Shown: piece after piece, positions 41,649-52,632 of the stretch | How positions within the stretch are numbered: position 1 is the stretch's first letter | Layout of the letters: each line of letters opens with the position of its first letter | Source: Chrysomallon squamiferum | Lineage: Eukaryota; Animalia; Mollusca | Direction of reading: 5' to 3' | Length of the DNA: 64,000 nt | NCBI GenBank assembly: GCA_012295275.1 | Contig: CM022668.1 | Span: forward strand, 13,330,001-13,394,000 | Made by a program: the position numbers and the translations under genes | Notes under the pieces: model-generated | Seen by the model: the letters and a program-made list of their open reading frames with translations, nothing else | Told to the model about the DNA's origin: nothing | Database searches by the model: none

Positions 41649-42402
41649 ATGTCTCGCTCGCAATACTTAACCAAAGGAGACGAAGCTTTTTCACGGAATG
41701 AATTCGACAAAGCATTGTCATTTTACAATGACTCAGTCAAGGGGGACGTTGATGACGTCGAGGCATATCACAAGCGAGGATGCTGTCGTTTTGAGATGCA
41801 AAATTACACCGACGGGCTAAGCGACGCTACCGCCATGTTGGAACGAAATCCTACACTTATGGATGGTCACATTTTGAAAGGAAAATGTCTGATGAGATTG
41901 AAGAGATTTGAAGAGGCATATCTGGCCTACAAACAAGGCCTGGATCTTGATCCCAAGGATCCGAGGATTGCCAAAGAACTTAGTCAATTACAAAAGGAGA
42001 TAATTAGTTATTCTGAATCTTCAGACACTCAAGAATCGTCTTACGACGCTGTTAAGTTATGTTCACAAGATCCTTATCCCGGAGACGATGAACTGGAACG
42101 ACTGGAACAAGAAATCATGACGATGTGGAAACTCGACGAATTGCCGTCTGTGGAGCCTAGGATTCCAAACCAAGAGTTATCGAACATAGAAATCACCAGA
42201 GCAAAAGAAGCAAAAATGGCTGGCAATTTGGAGGAGGCAGTTAAATGTTTAACTCTCGCTCTGGAATTCAATATGGAAAACGTATCTTTGTGGAGAGAGA
42301 GAGCAGAAGCTCTGAAAGAGACTGGAGATCTCCGAGAAGCGTTTCGAAGCTGTAATGCTATCCAGATGGTCCATCGAAAGGTCAAAGACTGGATCTTTGG
42401 AG
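41649..42402 (+). CDS. TPR / SET / MYND lysine methyltransferase (SMYD-like), exon 1: two TPR clusters
   Basis: KGDEAFSRNEFDKALSFY..AYHKRGCCRF..GHILKGKCLMRLKRFEEAYLAYKQGLDLDP are TPR consensus matches. Donor G|GTAAAT, phase 1. Joined model is 754+721+721 nt = 731 aa with no internal stop. Confidence 0.9.
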
Positions 42403-42525
42403 GTAAATGGCACACACATACTTTAACACACACAGACACACACATTCTTTTTTTCCCTGTAATTGTTAAAGACATTTTGTACATGGAGAGGTTTTTTTTG
42501 AAAGAGCCTTGATAGGGTCATATCG

Positions 42526-42528
<3 letters not shown>

Positions 42529-42617
<89 letters not shown>
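42529..42617. repeat. (CT)n microsatellite
   Basis: Pure dinucleotide run in SMYD intron 1. Confidence 0.95.
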
Positions 42618-42621
<4 letters not shown>

Positions 42622-42773
42622 TATGTCGATATGTCTTTTTTTTTTTTTTTTTGGTGAATAGTTCACCAATGTATAGAGGGTGCATGCCACTGGAATAGTT
42701 TAATAAGTACTATGTTAAACTCCATAACCGAATATTAATCAAATACTAATTAATTAATTTCTGAATATCGCAG

Positions 42774-43494
42774 GAAAAATCTTAGCAGAACTTGGCATTC
42801 CGGTGGCAGCCGAATCCTGGTTCCGGAAAGCCACGGAACTGAGCGATCCGTCTGACACTGAGGCAGCCATGTTGTTCCAAAAGGTCAGAGTCGGTCGACT
42901 GTACGGACCAATGACGACGGACAGTCCCATTGAAGTGACGTTTACAAAATATGGTCGTGCAGTGTGTTGCAAGAATGACGTCACAGCCGGACAAATTCTG
43001 TTCACAGACACGCCTCTGGTTTTAGCGCAGACGTTGGATTCAAAGCACATCCCGGCGTGCGACTTTTGTGCAACGTCATTGACACGTCCGGAAGACGTCT
43101 TCAACGCCAGCGACCTTCAGAAAGATAACGAACTGTCTAAAGCCGTGAGCGAACTTTGGCCCAAACGTCCCATAATCCTCTGCCGGAAGTGCAAGACGCA
43201 GAAGTACTGCAGCAACACTTGCGAACAGGAAGCGTGGGAGAAGTATCACAGAGTTATCTGCCCTGTTGCAAATCCCCGGATGGAGAAGTTGTATCAGGTC
43301 TGCAACAAATACCAAGAGTTGAAAAGCGGAGATAAAACTGCGTGGAAAGGCTGGTGGAACGCATCTTTCTCTCCGATTCTGCTCGCGCGGATTTGGGGCG
43401 CCATTGCTTGTGAAGGAAAACGATTGGCTGCGACAGCCGGAAGAACCACGCCCAGTGCTACTGATTGGTCAATGGCTCAAGCGCCGTACAGAAG
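42774..43494 (+). CDS. SMYD-like methyltransferase exon 2: end of TPR, SET-N, internal MYND
   Basis: TCGCAG| acceptor. KYGRAVCCKNDVTAGQILFTDTPLV (SET-N), then CDFC..CRKC..YCSNTC..YHRVIC (split MYND). Donor AG|GTAAGC, phase 2. Confidence 0.92.
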
Positions 43495-44504
43495 GTAAGC
43501 GTGGAATTTATAGAGGACACTATGAACTGTATATTTTGGAATAAAATTTCAGTAATATTAGGAAAGAAACACACATTTTTGAAAATAATTTTTATAGTTT
43601 CTTTTATTTTATTATATGATAATGATGATTATTATTATTATTATTAATTTACATATTTTATCTTTATTTTTCGCTCAGACCAGTATTATACATTAACTTT
43701 GTGTGTTTTGGTTTGTACCATGAACCACGTACCACACTAAAAAAATTTTATTATTATTATTATTTCCAACAAGCTAACCACAGCGCCTACCCTCCCCTCC
43801 CCTCCCCTATCCGGCCCGCCCGCCCTGCCCACCCTGCCTCGAGATTCCTGCTGTTATCCCTTAAGTGTGGATGTTTTTTTTTTTTTTTTTTTTTTTTTTG
43901 CGTATTTGTTGATTTTATATTCATATTATTATATACAGTGCTTGCAATACAATCTTTATCAAAAAAGTGAAGGGAGAAAAAAAAAGTGTTTGGGTACTCA
44001 TCCGTCCCCCACATACCTCTATGTCCCTTATATATTCATCTATCTTTTGTCCTATTTACGTATGCCTGTGCACAGGTATGTATGTGTTTGTGCGCATGCA
44101 CACGTATCCATACCCACAAATGCGTTGTTTTTAAAACAGTTATGTATAAGTTTCATGCATTCATATTATTACTGAAATAATAATTACATTTTGAAATACG
44201 TAAAACAGAATTATTCTAATGTGATTTATTATTTAAATAAAAAAAAAATAAAAAAAAAAAAAATAATAAAATTTATAAAATAAAATAAATAAATAAATAA
44301 AATTAATTGGATTAATTCTTGTGACAAAGCATAAGTTTTAATTTAATTTTTAAAGATTTTTTATTATTATTATTATTTTTTTATATATATATGAAATTTT
44401 TGTCTGTTTGTTTCGTTTGTTTTTCATTATTACGTTTGCATTAGTATTTTGAAATTTGAAGTTTTATTCTTTTTCCCAAGGTGTGTTTGATGAACCTTTT
44501 ATAT

Positions 44505-44746
44505 AATTATTTCAAAAATCACCGTCGCAAATTTAATTTAAATAACAGCAACAACAACAAAAACAACAACAACAACAACAAATACTGTATCAAATCCCCT
44601 CCAAAAAAACACCCAACCCAAAAACCCTGATATTTTCTATTATTATTATTGTTGTTGTTGATTTTATTATTATTAAAATATAAAAATAAAAATTAATATA
44701 CTTTATTTAAATAGCAACGGCGGTGAGATTTTGAAAAAGAATTATT
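44505..44746. mobile_element. Degenerate foldback / MITE-like element in SMYD intron 2
   Basis: TTCAAAAATCACCGTCG..ATTTAAATAA at left and TTATTTAAAT..CGGCGGTGAGATTTTGAA at right are imperfect inverted repeats; inner (AAC)n faces (GTT)n. Confidence 0.4.
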
Positions 44747-45197
44747 AACTTTTCCTTTTCTTAATTTTCTTCTTCAGCATTTGAAAATAATCTTCATCTG
44801 CTGTGAGTGAAATAAATTCATCCTTACAAGCATCTTGTATTTCGTCTTTTACAGGTATAGTTACCTTTACCACCTTCTACTAATACTTAGAATACACTTC
44901 ATGCATGTTAATAAACGTAAAATAATTTCCATATCCGGTTTACGGAAACACACGAATATATGTTCGACACATTCCGGCTGATGGTATTTACATTACAGAG
45001 GCATAAATATTGTGAGTTAATAGCTGGAACGGGAAAAACCTGCTCTCATAACTGAGAAACTGTAATTAATTCTTTAGTGCACTAACATCATCATGGAGTT
45101 ACAATCCAAACTAATTAATTTTGGTCTTAAGTAAAAATCAGTAGAAATATTAACCAGAAATTTTATTAAAGTTCAGTGCGGTTTTTATTTATTTATT

Positions 45198-45257
<60 letters not shown>

Positions 45258-45463
45258 TTTAGGCTGCCTAAAATGTTATTAAAAGGTAAAATAAAACTAG
45301 TCATTTTATAATATGTTTTAAATATTGACACCTACCCTGAGATTATTAATAAGGTAAGACACCCCGATCCTAGGACTTTTGTCTTCCGTTTCTTATTTAT
45401 TTAAACTGTTTTATTTTTAGGACGTTAGTTGCATTATTCATTATAGCGATTTGGTATTTTCAG

Positions 45464-46184
45464 ATTTATTGCATACGGTAGTTCAAGCAGTGCTGATGCC
45501 ATACCTAAAATGTTTTCATTGATGGTCGACATATTCAAAAATGTCGGCGACGGATTAAAATACAACATAACTAAACGAGAATTCGATGGACGATACTACC
45601 AATGTGCTTGTAACGTCCAGGCATTTTCCGACTTCAGGAATCCCTTAAAAGAATTTGCCGACAACATCCGAAACAAACCGAAATGGCGGGAGTTGCTGAA
45701 GTATGTCCCGCAGAATCCACCGGAAGCGGAATTTGCAGGGTTGTTTCCCTTGCATGCCTGCCTGAACCATTCGTGCGCCAACAACGCGGAAATAATGGAC
45801 GGCATTAATCAAGGCAAACCGGGAGTCGCGGTTCGGGCTAGAGAAAATTTAAAACCAGGAGACGAAGTGTTTATTAACTACATAGATACCCGTATGCCGA
45901 GACGTCAAAGAAGGGCGTGGCTTTATCGCGCGTACAACTTTTGGTGTCACTGTCCACGATGCCAGTTTGAGGGCGACGGGCCGGATGTTTGTACAAACTG
46001 CGGGAAAAAGCACGAGAATAATGGCGGCAAGATGTTCCCCACGTGCAGCAGGTGCAAAAAGGCGTGGTACTGTAGCCAGACGTGTCAAAAGATCGCGTGG
46101 AAGAAAGGTCACAAGAAGATCTGTTCTCTGAAGCATTCTGATACTGGCTCGTCTGCTGAAGTCTTGATTGCTTTGACGCAATGA
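45464..46184 (+). CDS. SMYD-like methyltransferase exon 3: SET-C, post-SET, second MYND finger
   Basis: TTTCAG| acceptor in the correct phase. GLFPLHACLNHSC, GDEVFINY, FWCHCPRC, then CTNC..CSRCKKAWYCSQTCQKIAWKKGHKKIC. Stop TGA ends at 46184. Confidence 0.93.
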
Positions 46185-46720
46185 ATGACGTAATACTATT
46201 ACTGTCCCCAGTTTGGCGATATCCCCAGTGGTCTAGTTCATGATTTTAAAGTTATTTTGCGATCCATTCCCCAGTTTTTGTGATATTCCCAGTGGTCCAG
46301 TTCATGATTTGATAGTTATTTTGTGAACCTTTTGTTGACGAAATGAATGACGTAATACTATTACCATCCCCACGTTTGTGATATTCCCAATGGTCCAGTT
46401 CATGATTTGATAGTCATTTTACGAACCTTTTGTTGACGAAATGAATGACGTAATACTATTACCATCCCCACTTTTGTGATATTCCCAGAGGTCCAGTTCA
46501 TGATTTGATAGTTATTTTATGAACCTTTCTTTACAAAATGTATGACATAAAACTATTATTACCCTCATAGGTCTAGTTCGTGACTTTAACGGGTTTTTGT
46601 TTTTTTGTTGTTTTTTTGTGAATGTTTCTTTGACAAAATGAATGATTTAATACCAATACTATCCCTATTGTGATATGCCCAGTTCATGATTTTAAAAGAG
46701 TTATTTTGTGAACCTTTTAT
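46173..46720 (+). repeat. ~98-bp tandem repeat (~5.5 copies) starting in the last codons of the SMYD-like gene
   Basis: TTGACG(C/A)AATGAATGACGTAATACTATTAC...CCAGTTCATGATTT at 46173, 46335, 46433, ~46530 and ~46630. Confidence 0.9.
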
Positions 46721-46857
46721 GCATATGAAACCCTCAACATTCCCCTATGTTAAAGAATTCAGTGAAAACCTAGCACTTTGACTTCCTGTAGTTTATCAGG
46801 AATGTTATGTTAATCTCCTTTCTGTGTGATTTTTGATCTTTGAGTGATATTGTTTAG

Positions 46858-46959
<102 letters not shown>

Positions 46960-47389
46960 AACAAGAAAATGAATAAATAATGAAGAAATAATTGAGGAAT
47001 AAAGTTATCTCCTTCATATCATTAAACACTCCACAAAAAACGATTAAAAACAACACAAAAATAAATAAAATAATAAATAAAATTAAAGTGAAACATATCA
47101 GAAAAAGTAGAAACAGAAAAGAAATAAAGAAATAAATAAAGAAAGAAAAAACAAAAAAACAGACAGCAAATGTGATCAGTCATAAATTATGCAAACATGC
47201 TTTACAGCTGAAAAATGTTAAGTTTTTGGTGATGCCATTTCTTAATTTTACTTGGTAATGTTTATTTATTTATTTATTTATATTAAAAATAACATATTAG
47301 ATATACAATACATTTATTTATTACAGTATCTTATATATATATTTATTTATGGTTTTTCTTTTTGTGTAATAATGTATTAAATTATTTTA

Positions 47390-47680
47390 TTGCATTTTTA
47401 CTTTATGTCAATTATTTAATCAAATTTATTTATATCTGAATTTAAAATCTTTAACTTTTATTATTTATTTTAGTGCATTTTTATTTTATTTATTTACTTT
47501 AATTTGTTTTTATTTGAATTTAAATTATATCAAACTTTTATTTATTTATTTACTTCAATGCATTTTTACTTTAATTTATTTATTTACATTAATTTGTTTA
47601 TATCTGAATTTAAATTATATTTAATCTTTAATTCTTTATTTACTTTATATTATTTAACTTGTTTATATCTGAATTTAATC
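47390..47680. repeat. ~84-bp AT-rich degenerate tandem repeat
   Basis: TGCATTTTTA at 47391, 47474 and 47559, each followed by a (C/T)TGAATTTAAA motif. Confidence 0.7.
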
Positions 47681-47782
47681 TTTTTTTCTTTGTAAATAAA
47701 ATTGTGAGTGAAAACCGAAATGATTTTTGTTCTTATGTGATTATTTGTTAAGAAGCTGTGTAGAGAAAGATCAACTCACAGA

Positions 47783-48052
47783 AGGTCAGAGGTTAATTTA
47801 CTGGAATTCAGAGGTTAAAGTGTAGCACTGAGAATTGATGAGTTCGTACTCCCCTTTTGGGTTATTTACCCTATCACCTAGTGTCAAACAAAAATTAACA
47901 TATGTCATTATATTTTGTGTGGGGGAAGGTATTTATTATATCCTTTAAAGTTTATTTGTTGTTATTATTATTATTATTATTTTATTATTATGGCGTCTTT
48001 GACGTGTGGAAGTGTTTTTTTCGGATATGACGTCATGTTCAGACGTCACGTG
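47783..48052 (+). promoter_or_regulatory. Proximal promoter motifs of the Ig gene: DR1, CRE, CRE/E-box
   Basis: AGGTCA-G-AGGTTA (47783-47795), perfect TGACGTCA (48028-48035), GACGTCACGTG (48042-48052), all within ~310 bp of the ATG. Confidence 0.4.
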
Positions 48053-48095
48053 CATCAAGTTGCAATCGGAACACGGGAGAGAATTAGCTGTCACG

Positions 48096-48150
48096 ATGTC
48101 AAATTATTGGATATTTATCTTAATGTTTTCAACTCATCAGTTACCCAGTA
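48096..48150 (+). CDS. Two-Ig-domain type I membrane protein, exon 1 (signal peptide)
   Basis: MSNYWIFILMFSTHQLPS hydrophobic leader. Donor A|GTAAGT, phase 1, joins in frame to the next exon. Confidence 0.7.
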
Positions 48151-48500
48151 GTAAGTGTTAACTTTTTTTTAAATCCTCGTATGCTGTTTATTCGTCATAT
48201 TATCTCTAATTAGTGATCCTTACACATATTTTAACCATCCCTTATTATAAGCTGCACAGCCAAGAAAAAAAAAAAAAAAAAAAAATGGAGATGAAAAAAG
48301 TTTAAAAATTAAAGAGTAAGATAGAGAAAAAATTAAAAGGAATTATATTATAAACACAATCATAAACGGCATTTTTGTTCCTCTGATTCTTGTTTTAGAT
48401 TAATTCTTATTCTTCATGCTGTTGTTGTTGTCGTCGTTATTTTTATTATAATTATAATGATGATGATTACTGCTGCTACTACTACTACCACCAATACCAC

Positions 48501-48548
<48 letters not shown>

Positions 48549-48574
48549 TATTATTATTATTATTATTATTACAG

Positions 48575-48970
48575 TTTCAACATCAGAACTGGTTATAAAT
48601 CCCATAAAGACAACATTTCAATCAAATGTAACGATCACCTGCCGTCCAGGAAATATTTCTGATGTTGTAGAAATTTCCCGAATTCGTATCCTCAGAAATG
48701 TGAGGGCTCGAAATAACTCTTTAACTTCGGTCGCCATGGTAACTGTTTCCCGCGGACAGAACACGCCCGAGCTCCGAGACCAAACGATAGCCAATCGTTC
48801 GAATGTTTCCGGAACAATAAACGATACAGACCTGGAGAAATCTTTCCTGAAAATAGTATTGTCACGAGTTATCTGCATAGATGCCAGTAATATCGTCTGC
48901 ATCGTTGATAAAATGGCGGCAAATTCTACGAGTTACCAAACGAATCAGACCAAAACGTTTACAGTGCTAA
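48575..48970 (+). CDS. Ig protein exon 2: long V-like Ig domain
   Basis: TTACAG| acceptor. VTITC...SFLKIVLSRVICIDASNIVC beta-strand pattern with a Cys pair 85 residues apart and 8 N-glycosylation sequons. Phase 1/1 exon. Confidence 0.82.
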
Positions 48971-49068
48971 GTAGATATTTCTTCTTCTTTCTTTCTTTCT
49001 TTATTTTATTTGTATTTTATTAACTGGCCTCAAGTGCTATAATAGGATAACATAGTTGACTGTAGATG

Positions 49069-49500
49069 TCATTTATTACTACTTATATTACTTTTGTTGC
49101 TGCTGCTGCTACTGTTATCACCACTGCTACTACTGCTACCACAGTAACCACCACTACTCCTTGTAGTTCAACTATATCAACAACTACTACAATAACTATC
49201 ACTAGTACGACTACTACAGTTACTATGTCTACAGTTACTGTTACTACTAAAATAGCTACTAGAATTACTATTACTACAACTACCACTAGTACAACTAGTA
49301 GAATTACTCCCAGTACTATTATTATTATTACAACAACAGCAGCAACAAATACAGCAACTACTACTCCTACTACAAATACCATTATTATACACAACTACTA
49401 CCATTATTACCATTGCTACTACTGTTATCACTACCACAACCAATACTAACAACTACGACAACAGCTACTAGTACAACAACAACTGCTACTACTATCATTA
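49069..49500. repeat. Imperfect (ACT/ACA/ATT)n block filling Ig-gene intron 2
   Basis: Cryptic trinucleotide repeat running up to the exon 3 acceptor. Confidence 0.85.
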
Positions 49501-49503
49501 CAG

Positions 49504-49830
49504 ATTGCCTGAAAAATATAAATGCGATTATTTCACCGCTAGCTGAATATTACAGACCTGGAGACCAATTTCACATTACGTGTTCACTTCCCGTTTTGGA
49601 TATGCAGGAGAATATTTCGTGGAAATGGCAATGGAGGGTAGATTGTGGCTGGGAAGATTATCCATACGCAGTCAGAATTCAAAACCATCCAGAGAATGTA
49701 GAAACGAGTAACAGTAGCACAAGGGCAACAACTCTAAGCCACCTTGTTACCACTAAGACTTATAACATTTATTTTCTTTGTATGGCTACTAGCACTGAAA
49801 CGTATTCAAGGGAAATATATATAAAAACCG
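49504..49830 (+). CDS. Ig protein exon 3: second Ig-like domain
   Basis: TTACAG| acceptor. GDQFHITC..SWKW..YFLC with Cys spacing 65. Donor G|GTACGT. Phase 1/1. Confidence 0.82.
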
Positions 49831-49861
49831 GTACGTATGTGTATTTATTTATTTATTTATT

Positions 49862-49916
<55 letters not shown>

Positions 49917-50234
49917 GCAATGACTGGCAAAAATCTAGATTCAATTTGTCACGAATTAGTTTTTCTCTGTTTCTGATTTAATTTGTTTGATTGATTGATT
50001 GATTGATTTATTATTATTTTATCGAATTTATTTATGAATTGCAATATATAACATGTAATAATGGCACAAAAATTAAAAAGATAAAAAATTTTTTTTTTTT
50101 TTTTGAGCGTTAATTGACTACCTCTTTATTGATTTATGTAAAGGGCAAAGGTAATGAGACTTGTGAATATGCATCACAATGTAGGTCACTTAATGGCGAC
50201 CGGAACCAGCTGAATATTTATAACAGGGAACAGT

Positions 50235-50370
50235 AATAGGGGATGACCCAGTTATATGTTAATGGGGTACATATCGGTTTTATGCAAATAGGGTGTGTAC
50301 CGGTTATATATTAATAGGGCTTGTACCAATTTTATGTTAATAGGGAATGTGCCGGTTGTATGCTAAATGT
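50235..50370. repeat. 26-bp minisatellite (~5 copies)
   Basis: AAT(A/G)GGG recurs at 50261, 50287, 50313 and 50339. Confidence 0.75.
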
Positions 50371-50680
50371 TGTAATTTACGAAAATAATAAAATAGGTTA
50401 ACACACACACACATGCACACATACACATACAAACACACACACACTTGTACATAGATGTATTTACAGAAAAGAAAAACATAAAGAAAAACACCAAAGACAA
50501 GGTTAATGACAAAATAAACACCATCAATAATTAATTGACAATCACAAATAGATAAATAGATAGATAGATAGAGATAGATATTGATATAGATAAGGATATA
50601 TATAGATATGAACAAGTATAGATAAATGTTTTAGAATAACTTGACAACTTTATTTATTGATATATATTATTTACATGAAG

Positions 50681-50789
50681 GTGTTTCTCAGTTTTATAAA
50701 TTTCCTTCCAACGAAGACGACAAAGTTACTGGTATGACAATATCATATGGTGTCATCTTTGTAATGCTTATAATATCTATAATTTGGTG
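50681..50789 (+). CDS. Ig protein exon 4: stalk and transmembrane helix
   Basis: GAAG| acceptor. GVSQFYKFPSNEDDKVTGMTISYGVIFVMLIISIIW. Donor TG|GTAGGT, phase 2. Confidence 0.7.
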
Positions 50790-51695
50790 GTAGGTATATA
50801 GTTACAACTCTAATATATATCACTTAAATGGTTACTTCCTATTTCTTACACATCCCATTGTTAAGAGTCAGCTTAGGGACCAACTAAACAAATCATTATA
50901 ATATCAGTGAACCAGCCACAGAGAGAACTTGGCTGAACATATTGATATACTGATATATATACATATATATTTATGTTAGATTTTCATATGTGCTAAATAT
51001 GGTTAATAGTTGAACTGAATTTGATGATAAATGGTTTTTATGTTAGTTTCTTAACTGTTAGTAATGTTTTTCTTAATTATTCCCCAATGTGACTGTGTAA
51101 TACTGGGAAGGTTAGTCCATTATTGCATGCTAGGTTGAAGGCATGTGATTAGCAGTTCATTCAGCCATGACCGGTATGACAAATGGGAAGTGTAATAAAC
51201 GGGAGGAATCCATTTAAATATTGCTGTCATATGTATACATGTATGTATATATGTTGTATGTGTGTAAGTATATATGTATGTATATGTATAGATATATGTA
51301 TGTATGTATGTAGTGTATGTATCTGTATGTATGTATATATTCACGTATGTATGTATGTATAAAAATAAAGCTGTTAAGTAGCAATATTTATCATAAAATA
51401 TTATAAGATGGTTTTAAAGCTGTAGTATATTAAAATCTATAAATATTCTGCTTTATGTTATTGCTCTCTCTCTCTCTCTCTCATTTCACTTTCTGGGTTA
51501 TTCATTATAAATTATTATAAAAGCACAGGACTGAAGGTGTTCAGATATAAAATATCAGGTACAAAACTGTGTAGCATTTACTGACAACAACAAACAAACA
51601 AACAAAAAAAATATATATATATTTATTTTTATATAAATGTATATAATGTATATAAAATGTATGTGATAATATATAAAGATGTTTTATGGTTTCAG

Positions 51696-51756
51696 GAAAA
51701 GTCACAAACCACGGCGTGAACCAAAAATAAAAATGGAGGATCCAGAACTACGATGA
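51696..51756 (+). CDS. Ig protein exon 5: short basic cytoplasmic tail
   Basis: TTTCAG| acceptor in phase 2 gives WKSHKPRREPKIKMEDPELR-TGA (positive-inside residues after the TM). Total model 948 nt = 315 aa. Confidence 0.68.
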
Positions 51757-52599
51757 TGACGTCAGACTTATTTGTAAAGTTACAAATGATGAATATATTA
51801 AAAGTAATATTTATATGAGTTAACAGTAATGGCTTGATAAATACATTAACATTTCGTTTATTATTTATTTATTTATTTAAGAAAATTCAAGATACATAAC
51901 GATATAAAATAAAAATTTTGAAAAAAAAAGAAGAAGAAAAAAGAAATGATTAATACGACTACGGTTTTTATATACATCGGATAAATGCTTCGTTGGATCA
52001 TAACAAACCAAAATAGGTTGGTGTTTTAAAGGAATAGAAGGCAAAAATATCTATAGAGATTATTCTAATTTTTGTTCATGTTTGTCGACGTACGTTTTTC
52101 GTCTTAGCTTTTTGATATTCATGTTAGATAATATGTTTTAGAATACTGAATAAAGAATTTATATTAAGTAAAATATTTGCAGCCTTATATTTATGATAAA
52201 AATAAAATAAATAAATAATAATAATAAAAAAAACGTTTTCATTATAAATACATACATACATACATTATATATACGGTTTTAACATGATAGTAAAAGTTAG
52301 GGGCAATTCGAGGCAGATACATATAAATAAATAAATAAGTGAATGTAAGAAAAAAAAAAATAATAAAAACTGAAACTAACATTCTGTCTTTACCCGCACT
52401 CAGCTCCTCCCCCCGAAAACCCAGACAGTTCGAAATACTAGACAAAACAATTACAACACATCTATTAATAAACTTGATGTCTGACTCAAAACTGTAACAC
52501 GTCTGCCATAAATAAGCAACCAATGAAATGCGTTTATACTTTATACCACTGATATATAGGAAAAATATTTGAATAGAAATAATTATTAGTGTCAGCTCA

Positions 52600-52632
<33 letters not shown>

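Noticed and set aside
42774-46184. SMYD exons 2 and 3 both 721 nt long
   Set aside because: No sequence similarity beyond the MYND motifs; coincidence.
49066-49503. Thr-rich mucin stalk exon between the Ig domains
   Set aside because: The AG at 49065 gives the Thr frame only in phase 0 while exon 2 ends in phase 1, and the Thr ORF is out of frame with exon 3.
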